A DNA stretch of 64,000 nucleotides, from contig JBMFQE010000012.1 in assembly GCA_049968755.1 (NCBI GenBank), positions 12,608 to 76,607 of the forward strand, given 5' to 3'. Source of the DNA: Bacteroidales bacterium (GTDB taxonomy: Bacteria; Bacteroidota; Bacteroidia; Bacteroidales; DTGW01). Shown in pieces: positions 55,424 to 64,000 of the stretch (position 1 is the stretch's first letter; each line of letters starts with the position of its first letter). A program made the translations under genes and the position numbers. The notes under the pieces were generated by a model. The model had not been told where the DNA came from, made no database searches, and saw only the letters and a program-made list of their open reading frames with translations.

Positions 55424-57673
55424 ATGAAGCATCCGTTAACCTTAGAGGAAGAACAAAGTATACAGGAGCAATACAGGCTTTTGCTGCAAAATTGCCATCG
55501 GTGCAACGAACCCACGGAAAAGGCACTGATAGAGAAAGCTTTTAAAATTGCCTACGAGGCCCATAAAAATATGCGTCGTCGTTCGGGCGAGCCCTACATC
55601 ATGCACCCGCTGGCAGTAGCTCGAATTGTTTCGGAGGATATCGGATTAGGAGTAAAAGCCATTGTTAGTGCATTACTGCACGACGTGGTAGAGGACACCG
55701 ACATTACCCTGGATGAAATAGCCCACCTGTTCGACCCAAAAGTTGCATCAATCATCGATGGATTGACCAAAATACGCGAACTTTTCGACGAACACAGCTC
55801 GCTGCAGGCCGAAAATTTCAAAAAAATGCTGATGACCCTTTCGGACGACGTCAGGGTTATTCTCATTAAGCTGGCCGACCGTCTGCACAATATGCGAACG
55901 CTCGATTCCATGCCGCGCGATAAACAAATAAAAATTGCCAGCGAAACTATTTACCTCTACGCTCCCCTAGCGCATCGGCTGGGGCTTTACTCCATCAAAA
56001 CCGAGCTGGAAGACCTGAGTCTGAAATTTCGTTTTCCGGAAAAATATCTTGAAATTGAACAAAAACTTGCCGAAACAGCCCAACAACGCGATGAATTTAT
56101 AGCACAATTTATCAAGCCCATCCGGGAGAACCTGAATAAACAGGGCATACATGCCGAAATTTCGGGCCGGCTCAAGTCTATCTATTCCATCTGGAATAAA
56201 ATGCAAACCAAGCATGTAACCTTTGAGGAAATATACGATTTGTTTGCCATTCGTATCGTTTTCGACCCCTTCCCCGACATACCCGAAAAAGCCCAGTGCT
56301 GGAATATATATTCTATTGTTACCGACATTTACACCCCCAAGCCAGACCGTATCCGGGACTGGATAAGCACCCCGAAAACAAATGGCTATGAGGCGCTGCA
56401 TGTTACGGTTATGAGCCAGCAGGGTAGCTGGGTAGAGGTGCAGATACGCTCTCGACGAATGGACGAGATTGCCGAGCGGGGATATGCAGCTCACTGGAAA
56501 TACAAGTCGCCCGACAGCCATGAAAGCGAACTTGACAAATGGCTGCGGCGCCTGCGCGAGCTGCTTAATGACCCCAATTCCAATGCGCTCGAATTTATCG
56601 ACGATTTTAAGCTGAATCTATTTTCTTCCGAGATACATGTGTTCACCCCCAAGGGTGAGCTCAAAACCCTGCCCAAAGATTCCACTGTACTCGATTTTGC
56701 CTACGAGATTCATACCGAGATTGGCAACAAGGCAATTGGTGCCAAGGTCAACCATAAGCTGGTTCCTTTAAATTACAAGCTCGCTTCGGGCGACCAGGTA
56801 GAAATTATTACCAGCGATAAAAATCGGGTGCAACGCGAATGGCTGGATATTGTTATTACCGCAAAAGCCAAAACTGCCATAAAAAATACACTGAAGGCCG
56901 ATATTCGCAATCGTATTGAAAAAGGGCAGATGATGCTGGAAAACAAACTTCGTGAATTGGACCTTAAACCCTCTTCGCGTATTTTTCAAAAACTCCTCCC
57001 CGCCTATGGAGTATCCAATAAAGAAGAGCTATATAGCAAGATAGGCAGCGACCTGATCACCCTCGATGATCTGCCCAAAATCCTGCGCAAAAATGCTAAA
57101 AACAAATGGGTACGATATTGGGAAATAACGTTGGGTTTATCTAAAAATAATGATTCTACTGGCAATGAAAATACCCCCGAAGTTAACACAAATAAATATA
57201 CTTCAAAGAGCCCCTTCATCCTTAAAGAAAATCCCGATGAAAAAACGGTAAGTTACACCATTGCCAGCTGCTGTAATCCCATACCGGGCGACGACGTGAT
57301 AGGTTATCGCAATGTATTTAATTCCATTGTGATTCACAAATCCAAATGTCCAACCGCTGTAAAATTACTTTCGAGCCAAAGCGAACGTATTGTTCCTACT
57401 CGCTGGACTACCCATAAGCTGTTTTCATTCCTTACCAAAATAGCCATTTCCGGCATCGACCGATTTGGCATTTTCAACCATATTACTACCGTTATCACCA
57501 AGGAGTTAAATATCAATATCCGAACCATACATCTTTCGGCCCACGATGGTATCTTTGAGGGAGAAATTGAAATATATGTTCACAACATTAATGATGTTAA
57601 CCGGCTGATAACCAATCTGACTAAAATTAAAGGAGTAATGAAAGTCAACCGGGTAGAAAATTTCGAAGAATGA
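55424..57673 (+). CDS. relA: bifunctional (p)ppGpp synthetase/hydrolase (RelA/SpoT homolog)
   Basis: 749 aa with an HD domain (LLHDVVEDT), a synthetase domain (YEALHVTV, EVQIRS), TGS and a C-terminal ACT. The ATG directly follows the upstream stop (TAGATG). Confidence 0.95.
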   Translation: MKHPLTLEEEQSIQEQYRLLLQNCHRCNEPTEKALIEKAFKIAYEAHKNMRRRSGEPYIMHPLAVARIVSEDIGLGVKAIVSALLHDVVEDTDITLDEIAHLFDPKVASIIDGLTKIRELFDEHSSLQAENFKKMLMTLSDDVRVILIKLADRLHNMRTLDSMPRDKQIKIASETIYLYAPLAHRLGLYSIKTELEDLSLKFRFPEKYLEIEQKLAETAQQRDEFIAQFIKPIRENLNKQGIHAEISGRLKSIYSIWNKMQTKHVTFEEIYDLFAIRIVFDPFPDIPEKAQCWNIYSIVTDIYTPKPDRIRDWISTPKTNGYEALHVTVMSQQGSWVEVQIRSRRMDEIAERGYAAHWKYKSPDSHESELDKWLRRLRELLNDPNSNALEFIDDFKLNLFSSEIHVFTPKGELKTLPKDSTVLDFAYEIHTEIGNKAIGAKVNHKLVPLNYKLASGDQVEIITSDKNRVQREWLDIVITAKAKTAIKNTLKADIRNRIEKGQMMLENKLRELDLKPSSRIFQKLLPAYGVSNKEELYSKIGSDLITLDDLPKILRKNAKNKWVRYWEITLGLSKNNDSTGNENTPEVNTNKYTSKSPFILKENPDEKTVSYTIASCCNPIPGDDVIGYRNVFNSIVIHKSKCPTAVKLLSSQSERIVPTRWTTHKLFSFLTKIAISGIDRFGIFNHITTVITKELNINIRTIHLSAHDGIFEGEIEIYVHNINDVNRLITNLTKIKGVMKVNRVENFEE

Positions 57674-57676
57674 TGC

Positions 57677-58501
57677 ATGAAACTGTATTTTAAAGTGTTA
57701 GGTAAGGGAAAACCCATGGTTATTCTGCATGGGCTATATGGGAGTTCTGACAACTGGTATACAATAGCCAAACATTTATCCACCCATTATCAGGTTTTCC
57801 TTCTCGATTTACGCAATCACGGGCGATCGCCGCACACTGCATCCCACACGTTTGATGACATGGTGGCCGATGTGGCTGATTTCTTTCATGGGCAACACCT
57901 GAGTAAGGCTATTGTGGTAGGACATTCCATGGGCGGGAAGGTAGCTATGCTATTTGCTTACCGCTATGCCCCTATGGTCGATAGGTTAATCGTAGTAGAT
58001 ATTGCTCCCCGTGAATATACCAGCCTGCGCGAACCCAACGACCACGTACTTCAGCACATGAATATTATACAGGCCTATGCAGCTATCGATCCGGCTGCAT
58101 ATAACACCCGCTCAGAGGTTGAACTGGCTTTTGCACAATACATCCCCGACGAACGCATCCGACAGTTTCTGCTCAAAAACCTTGTCCGTGATGATCAGGG
58201 TCGCTTTCGCTGGCAAATTAATGTAACCGCTCTCAGACAAAATTTGCCGGCCCTAATGGCGAAAGTTGATATTCCCGATACGGCTTGCATCCAACTACCC
58301 GCCCTATTCATTAAAGGTGAACGTTCAACCTATTTGCTTCCCAAGGATTTTGAACAAATCAAACGTATATTTCCACAAGCGGAATTTACTACCATTCCGG
58401 GTGCCGGTCACTGGGTGCATGCCGAGCAAACAGAGCTATTTCTCAAAGCTGTATTAGACTTTTTGAGCCCACAACATGAAAAGGATTTCCAGAAGGATTA
58501 A
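57677..58501 (+). CDS. alpha/beta hydrolase (esterase YbfF-like)
   Basis: 274 aa with the HG oxyanion motif (ILHGLYGS), nucleophile elbow GHSMGG and a C-terminal GHWVHAE. Confidence 0.85.
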   Translation: MKLYFKVLGKGKPMVILHGLYGSSDNWYTIAKHLSTHYQVFLLDLRNHGRSPHTASHTFDDMVADVADFFHGQHLSKAIVVGHSMGGKVAMLFAYRYAPMVDRLIVVDIAPREYTSLREPNDHVLQHMNIIQAYAAIDPAAYNTRSEVELAFAQYIPDERIRQFLLKNLVRDDQGRFRWQINVTALRQNLPALMAKVDIPDTACIQLPALFIKGERSTYLLPKDFEQIKRIFPQAEFTTIPGAGHWVHAEQTELFLKAVLDFLSPQHEKDFQKD

Positions 58502-60147
58502 ACTTCATACTTTGCAAGCTTTTCCTTAAGTGCTTTGATTTCTTTTTGCAGGGCTGCTTCACGACGTTCGGATTCGTCCTGCGAGGCCTTGAGTTCCTCG
58601 ATAGTCTGTCGCAACATGGCCTCCTGCGTAAGCATTTCCTCAGCTTGTCGACGCGATTGCTCCAAAAGCCGTGTTGTTTGAATATTGATTTGAACAATGG
58701 AAATGGTAGAGGCAATACTCGAAGCAATGCGCTCAACAAATTCTATCTGATAGAGCTCAAATACATGAAACGAAGCCAATTCAATAACCCCGTAAACTAT
58801 ATCATTGTGCATCAAGGGGACTATCAACAGGCAGGTAGGATTGCCTTCACCCATCCCCGACGTGATTTTGATGTAATCCTTTGGTATGTCGGTTAGAAAG
58901 ATGGTTTGCCGTTCAAGATAACAGCGGCCAATGAGTCCCTCGCCGGGCTTAAAAGTTTTTTCCAGAAACTTTTTCCGGTCGTAGGCATAACAGGCCGAAA
59001 GCCGCAACGTAACCTCTTCGCCTTCCTCTTCCTTGATGAATATGCCCCCTTGATTGGCTCCCAGATAATTGACCAAATTGCTGATAATATTCGAGGAAAG
59101 CTCGTCAAGGTCGTTATTGTTCTGACGAAGAATTTCGGAAAACTTGGCAATACCTTGCGTTGCCCAGTTACGCTGCTCGTCCTCTTTTTTCCGTTTTTCT
59201 TCTTCGATAGCAGCATTTCTGAGTTCCTCCCGCATTTTAATCAGAGAATTCCCCAGAATATCCTCCTCGCTTAGGGGCTGAAAAGGCGAGTTAAAGTTTC
59301 CCTTTCCTATTTCGATGGAAAAAGTAGAGATATCTTTCAAACCCTTTACCAGTGTATTTACTGCTGCTGCTATTTCGCCCAATTCATCATTGCGCTCTTT
59401 GAGCTTTTCTGTAGGAAATACGCCTTTACCCAGCTGCTTAAGTACCTTTTTGATTATATTTAGAGGAACTACCTGTACCCGAATGGTAACCACCGCAATA
59501 AAAATGGCCAACAATACCAGCAGAACCGACAGTGTAAACAAAAAGGCACGTGTTTTTTCCATTGAAGTCTGCAGGAAACTCTGGGTCGTCAACAGTCGCT
59601 CCTGCTGCATATTTAGAAGTATAGCCAGCTTACTCTCAATTTTATTAGCCAACCCTACCAGCTGACCCGATTCGCCCACCATGGCCTGGATGGCCTTCAA
59701 TTGTTGTTCATCGTTGTAACCCTCGGGTTTATCAAGGAGATTTATAATTTCTTTGCTGATAACAATCAGGCTATCGTTGATGAGCTCTTCGGCCCGCTGG
59801 TAAATTAACCTTTCACTCTCGGGCCATTGGTGATAATGCTTCTGGATATTTTTCTCCAGAAAAGGAATTTCAAATTCAAGTATTTCGAGCAGCTTCAACT
59901 TATCGGGGGTGATAGGGCTTCTTTCAACATATACCCAGTTCTTTAACAATAGCCGACTTTGGGTAATATAAGCCTGCAACTTTTCTACCTGTCGCAACGA
60001 CGGCAACTGAACCTCAAGCAATTTTGTGTGGTCCCGCTGATATTGCTGAAGCGATTGATAAGTAAAAAATGTATTAATTACATATAATAATGTCAACACA
60101 CCAAACCCGATGGCAATTTTGGCTGCTACAGAAAATCGAGTTTTCAT
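58498..60147 (-). CDS. membrane HAMP-GAF sensor-like protein without recognisable output domain
   Basis: The first ATG is at 60147 (MKTRFSVAAKIAIGFGVLTLL). Two TM segments flank a helical periplasmic region, followed by a HAMP-like linker. The GAF-like core (EGLIGRCYLERQTIFL...LIVPLMHNDIVYGVIELAS) is followed by a C-terminal coiled coil. Confidence 0.75.
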   Translation of the reverse strand: MKTRFSVAAKIAIGFGVLTLLYVINTFFTYQSLQQYQRDHTKLLEVQLPSLRQVEKLQAYITQSRLLLKNWVYVERSPITPDKLKLLEILEFEIPFLEKNIQKHYHQWPESERLIYQRAEELINDSLIVISKEIINLLDKPEGYNDEQQLKAIQAMVGESGQLVGLANKIESKLAILLNMQQERLLTTQSFLQTSMEKTRAFLFTLSVLLVLLAIFIAVVTIRVQVVPLNIIKKVLKQLGKGVFPTEKLKERNDELGEIAAAVNTLVKGLKDISTFSIEIGKGNFNSPFQPLSEEDILGNSLIKMREELRNAAIEEEKRKKEDEQRNWATQGIAKFSEILRQNNNDLDELSSNIISNLVNYLGANQGGIFIKEEEGEEVTLRLSACYAYDRKKFLEKTFKPGEGLIGRCYLERQTIFLTDIPKDYIKITSGMGEGNPTCLLIVPLMHNDIVYGVIELASFHVFELYQIEFVERIASSIASTISIVQINIQTTRLLEQSRRQAEEMLTQEAMLRQTIEELKASQDESERREAALQKEIKALKEKLAKYEV

Positions 60148-60428
60148 GAAAAGATATTTTATTGGGTAAAAATATAAAAATATTCCCACTTTAACCCACA
60201 ATAATAGACCATCTTGTTTTTTTAGCTACGCTTTTCAAAAAAGGTAGAGTAACAATTCCTATTCAACAAAGCAACGTAAGCTTGTTGGGCTTTTAACACC
60301 TGCTATTAGAAAAATCACAGCTATCCCCCCAAAAATTTCAATATTTTATCCTTTTTATGCTATCATTGCAACCACTGTAAGCGATTCTTTCATACATTAG
60401 CACCTGACTTGAAACCAAAAATTTAGCT

Positions 60429-61607
60429 ATGAAGAAAAAATCATTAATAGCCATACTCATGGTATTTTTGGCCATGGGCTTTGGTGATGTGGTAGGCCCC
60501 ATGGTAAGTATGGCCAAGGAAAGTTTTAGCTTGTCGAATACAGCTGCTCAGTTGCTGCCTTTTGTAGGTTTTTTGATGTTTGGGTTGCTATCGGTACCTG
60601 TGGGTGTTTTTCAGGACCGAAAGGGTAAGCGATACACGCTAATTGTAGGATTGGTCATTGCCTTTGCAGGTTTGTTGCTACCCATGCTGGCTGGCATGTA
60701 TGGTCGCTTGTCGGTCGACCCTACTTCGTCGTGGCAATTTGTGGTAATACTGATGGCTATACTCATGCTGGGGGCGGGTGCTACCATTTTGCAGGTAGCC
60801 GGTAATCCTATTATGCGGGATGTATCAGATGAGGGACATTATTCGCGTAACCTTACGCTGGGGCAAACCATCAAGGCCATTGGCTCATCCATGGGATTTT
60901 TGGTTCCTCCCCTCCTGGCTCACTGGGCTGGCCTCGACTGGACTATTCTTTTTCCCATTTATACGTTTGTTCTACTTATCGCGCTGCTGCTCGTATCAAC
61001 CACAAAAATTACCGAGCGTAAAACAGGGAACGAGACACCCGCTACCCTTGGTTCGTGCTTAAAATTGCTGGGAAAAAATTCTTATGTACTTATGATGGTG
61101 CTGGGTATTTTCTTTTACGTAGGGGCAGAAGTATCTATGAGTTCGAGTGTTCCTTTGCTTATGAAAGAAAATTACGGCTTACAAAATCTGGGATTGGTGG
61201 TTAGCTGGCTATTGTTTTTCCTGCCCATCCTTGTGGGGCGATTTACCGGTTCCATTGTACTTCGGTGGTTGGCCGCTTCGCGTTTTCTTTTAACATCGGT
61301 AGGGATAGCCCTTGCTGGAATTTTACTACTTTTATTTGGAGCAAGTAAAAGCCTGGCTTTTGCTGGTATAGTGATGGTAGGACTGGGTTTTGCCAATGTT
61401 TTTCCCCTTATTTTTTCGATAGCCATCGATCGTATGCCCGAGCGTACTAACGAACTATCGGGGCTTATGATTACGGCCATTCTGGGAGGTGCAGTAGTAC
61501 CCTTGATGACAGGGATAGTTCAAGATACTTTTAGCTTACTGGCAGGATTTTTTGTACCGTTGGCCTGTATTCTTTACATTGGTTTTGTTGCGCTTAAAAA
61601 TATCTGA
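60429..61607 (+). CDS. MFS transporter (sugar/FucP-like)
   Basis: 392 aa with about 12 TM segments and the FQDRKGKR loop 2-3 motif. Confidence 0.8.
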   Translation: MKKKSLIAILMVFLAMGFGDVVGPMVSMAKESFSLSNTAAQLLPFVGFLMFGLLSVPVGVFQDRKGKRYTLIVGLVIAFAGLLLPMLAGMYGRLSVDPTSSWQFVVILMAILMLGAGATILQVAGNPIMRDVSDEGHYSRNLTLGQTIKAIGSSMGFLVPPLLAHWAGLDWTILFPIYTFVLLIALLLVSTTKITERKTGNETPATLGSCLKLLGKNSYVLMMVLGIFFYVGAEVSMSSSVPLLMKENYGLQNLGLVVSWLLFFLPILVGRFTGSIVLRWLAASRFLLTSVGIALAGILLLLFGASKSLAFAGIVMVGLGFANVFPLIFSIAIDRMPERTNELSGLMITAILGGAVVPLMTGIVQDTFSLLAGFFVPLACILYIGFVALKNI

Positions 61608-61609
61608 CT

Positions 61610-62338
61610 TCATTCAATAGGGTCAAAAACTTCTTCAATGCAATCGGAGGAAACCAGAGGTTCCCCCCTGAAACGAAGAAAAAGCTGCATAAGGGTAAGT
61701 ACATCGGCCCGGCAGTATCGTGCTATGCGGTCAATGTCGTGATCCTCCCAGTACACCTTACCTACCATGCTGCCATCGAGATCAAGCTTGGGGGAAGGTA
61801 TCTCAAACAGATAAGCCAACAAATCGAGCGAAGTATAGTGCTTATAATCACCAAATTTCCAAAATTCGAGCGTATCGAGAAAAGGCGTTTCCCATGGCTT
61901 CATACCGCTCACGTTAAGAATGGCAGGCAGCTTAATGCTATTGATTAGCATCCGACGGGCTAAAAACGGAAAGTCAAATTCCTTGCCGTTATGGGCGCAC
62001 AAAAATTGCCCGGATGAATAATACTTTTCCAGCATCTTTGCAAAATCTTCCAACACTTTTTTTTCATCATCACCCGCTATAGCTTTTATACGAATACGTC
62101 TTTTACCATCTTTCTCAAGAAAAATACCACAGCCCACGCACACTATCTTTCCGAATTCGGCATATACTCCTGCTTTCTCATAGAGTTCAGTTGGCGATTG
62201 ATCTTCTCGCGCGAGATAGCGCGATTTTTTGTCCCAAAACTTCTGCATCGAAGCACTCAGCCGATCGTAAGACGGCGCCATGGGTACCGTCTCAATATCG
62301 AGAAACAATATTTTCTCGGGATTGATTTGTTGCCACAT
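61610..62338 (-). CDS. 3'-5' exonuclease, RNase H-like fold (PolB-exonuclease-related)
   Basis: 242 aa. FLDIETV (ExoI), HNGKEFDFPFL (ExoII) and YCRADV (ExoIII) form a DEDD-type arrangement. Confidence 0.8.
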   Translation of the reverse strand: MWQQINPEKILFLDIETVPMAPSYDRLSASMQKFWDKKSRYLAREDQSPTELYEKAGVYAEFGKIVCVGCGIFLEKDGKRRIRIKAIAGDDEKKVLEDFAKMLEKYYSSGQFLCAHNGKEFDFPFLARRMLINSIKLPAILNVSGMKPWETPFLDTLEFWKFGDYKHYTSLDLLAYLFEIPSPKLDLDGSMVGKVYWEDHDIDRIARYCRADVLTLMQLFLRFRGEPLVSSDCIEEVFDPIE

Positions 62339-63614
62339 AGGGATACGAAAAATTAAGCAGATGAACTATTTCTTTTATTTCCTGACGAATTTGCTGTATA
62401 TACTGACGGTTGCGGAAACACTTCCACTCATCATACCAATGGCTAAATACTTCAATTGCACGATACCCCTTTCCGGCAAACAGGGTAAGAACGACCAGTA
62501 CGACAGGTGTTACAAAAATATTTTTCGCTAACGGCCAGATAACAATCGACATCACAACACACCACAAGGGCAACAAAAAAAGGATTACAAAGCGCACTGA
62601 GCTATGGAACTGTTTGTCGGAAATATAACGGTTGATGAATTTTACAAGCGCTAACAAAGGAAACAGATAAATAACTAGAATCAGTGCAAATGGTAAAACG
62701 ACCATTCGACCGAACGAGTGAAATATAAAATTCTTGCCCGAAAGAGTTTTTGCTACACAATGAGGGGTAATTTGCAAAGAACGTGATTTTTGGTAACAAA
62801 GTTCAAATTTTTGACTTGCCTGCTGCATAAGTGCAGGATTATCAACACAAAGCGCATTGCAATAGTTTACGAAGGTCCGAACAAAATCATACTGGCCTGT
62901 TCTATTAAAATATGCCGATACGTAAGGGGTAGCATGCACTATAAATGGATAAAACGCATTATGGACATGAAGGACGGTTTGCTGCATAGCATTGTATACT
63001 GTTTTCTTAAGCTGATTGATACCCTGTGCCTTATTCATCTTCCAGGTTTTTAAAAACATGGTTACAGGAATGGCTTTCCCAAATTTAACATGCAATGTTG
63101 CTCCCCATGCGGTATACGACGAATAATAAATACCTACGGGCACAATATACACCGGTTCGCGGGGTATGTCGGCCTGAGCCTGCAGGGCTAACCGAAAAAT
63201 TCCCTTACTTAGCGTTCGTACCCGCCAGCTACCCTCATGCCCCCCCTCAGGAAAAATACAAACCGGACTGCCTGAAAGCAACCATCGCCGTGCCATTGCC
63301 AGCGTGGTATAATTCTGTGTCAACTGTTGATAACCCTCTACTTTACGATAAGCTGGAAAAATTTTTAAAAAATGAAAAAACGAGGCAACCCATCGATTAA
63401 TAAAAAAGTCGCCTCTGGCCAGAAAAAATATGGGTTTTTTAACCGTGCACAGTACCGCCAGCGCATCCATGATGGCATTCTGATGATTGGGAGAGAAAAT
63501 TATTCTCCCCTCCGGGATATTCTCCAAACCATCTATCTCAATCTTTCGGTAATACAGACTATGCAAAAACTGCACCCAGCGAAACAACAATTTATATAGT
63601 ATGCTTATACCCAT
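62292..63614 (-). CDS. PlsC-like acyltransferase with C-terminal membrane domain
   Basis: 440 aa with an NHQNAIMDAL acyltransferase-type His/Asp motif and FPEGG. The C-terminal third has several TM segments. Its 3' end overlaps the exonuclease start by 47 nt. Confidence 0.75.
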   Translation of the reverse strand: MGISILYKLLFRWVQFLHSLYYRKIEIDGLENIPEGRIIFSPNHQNAIMDALAVLCTVKKPIFFLARGDFFINRWVASFFHFLKIFPAYRKVEGYQQLTQNYTTLAMARRWLLSGSPVCIFPEGGHEGSWRVRTLSKGIFRLALQAQADIPREPVYIVPVGIYYSSYTAWGATLHVKFGKAIPVTMFLKTWKMNKAQGINQLKKTVYNAMQQTVLHVHNAFYPFIVHATPYVSAYFNRTGQYDFVRTFVNYCNALCVDNPALMQQASQKFELCYQKSRSLQITPHCVAKTLSGKNFIFHSFGRMVVLPFALILVIYLFPLLALVKFINRYISDKQFHSSVRFVILFLLPLWCVVMSIVIWPLAKNIFVTPVVLVVLTLFAGKGYRAIEVFSHWYDEWKCFRNRQYIQQIRQEIKEIVHLLNFSYPYVATNQSRENIVSRY

Positions 63615-63781
63615 GAAAACGTATCAATGATATTTACACAATAGTGAATACAAAATTTTTATTTATTCTCGCTTAATAAACTTAAAATAAAGCACTCGCT
63701 GGTTACATCTTTGTTCTGAATTTTCATTAACATTTATTTTTTATGATAATATGAAGGTCATGCTATATTTAAATTCAATGA

Positions 63782-63840
63782 AACACCCATGTTCCTGCTA
63801 ACGCAAACACAATAGTGATAAAATTGCGAACATGGGTGTT
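63782..63840. repeat. 13-bp perfect inverted repeat with 33-nt loop
   Basis: AACACCCATGTTC (63782..63794) and GAACATGGGTGTT (63828..63840) lie in an ORF-free AT-rich region. Confidence 0.8.
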
Positions 63841-64000
63841 CCATCATACCTTTAAAAATTAATTTTATTATGATGAAATAAAAACCATTTCATTGGATGA
63901 ATTTTTATCAGTCATCCTATTGGTATAAATTTCTGAAGCAATATATAAAAAAACATCGAATCACGCATTTAACCGAAATGCAAATTTTGACAAATATAGC

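Overview
This is a chromosomal, mostly housekeeping segment of a Bacteroidota-type genome. Three things point to that phylum: many TAnnTTTG -7 promoter boxes just upstream of genes, T9SS type A and type B C-terminal sorting domains, and a DUF4270/short GT5/glmS cluster. All calls come from reading the supplied translations and the DNA; no searches or statistics were run.

Gene content in order:
- partial NUDIX gene, pyrE, an SRPBCC protein, rsmA
- a complete complex I operon (nuoA, B, fused CD, E, F, G, H, I, J, K, L, M, N; about 2.4-18.0 kb)
- a membrane coiled-coil protein and a 1098-aa GAF/multi-PAS hybrid histidine kinase
- gpmA, a TonB-C protein, an LPG-synthase-TM-like protein, panD, a SPOR protein
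- rimP-nusA-infB, kdsB, radC, an esterase/TPR lipoprotein, a GT4 glycosyltransferase, tRNA-Cys(GCA), pepP
- a 1061-aa secreted GH30/CBM6/GH16 glucanase with a T9SS tail
- an FKBP isomerase, an LVIVD lipoprotein, glmS, DUF4270, a short GT5 protein
- an NrtR-like regulator, a heptose-7-P kinase-like protein, a TonB-like protein, an S41 peptidase
- an NMO/FabK-like oxidoreductase, a T9SS type B surface protein, relA/spoT, an alpha/beta hydrolase
- a HAMP-GAF protein, an MFS transporter, a PolB-like 3'-5' exonuclease and a PlsC-like acyltransferase

I saw no transposase, integrase, CRISPR array, rRNA or obvious defence island.

The most unusual feature is a translationally coupled two-gene module inserted inside the nuo operon between nuoI and nuoJ. 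It encodes a SatD-like soluble protein (a cyclase-like N-terminal motif pattern plus a C-terminal HTH) and a DUF3307-type polytopic membrane protein. It has its own promoter-like box and a duplicated GTGATAAT motif upstream.

Secondary items:
- a candidate roughly 100-nt sRNA with an ACUA-repeat body and an orphan terminator at 52.2-52.3 kb
- a beta-trefoil domain nested inside the GH30 barrel
- a GT5 half-protein lacking the K-x-G-G motif
- an output-less HAMP-GAF sensor
- structured repeats in the AT-rich window end
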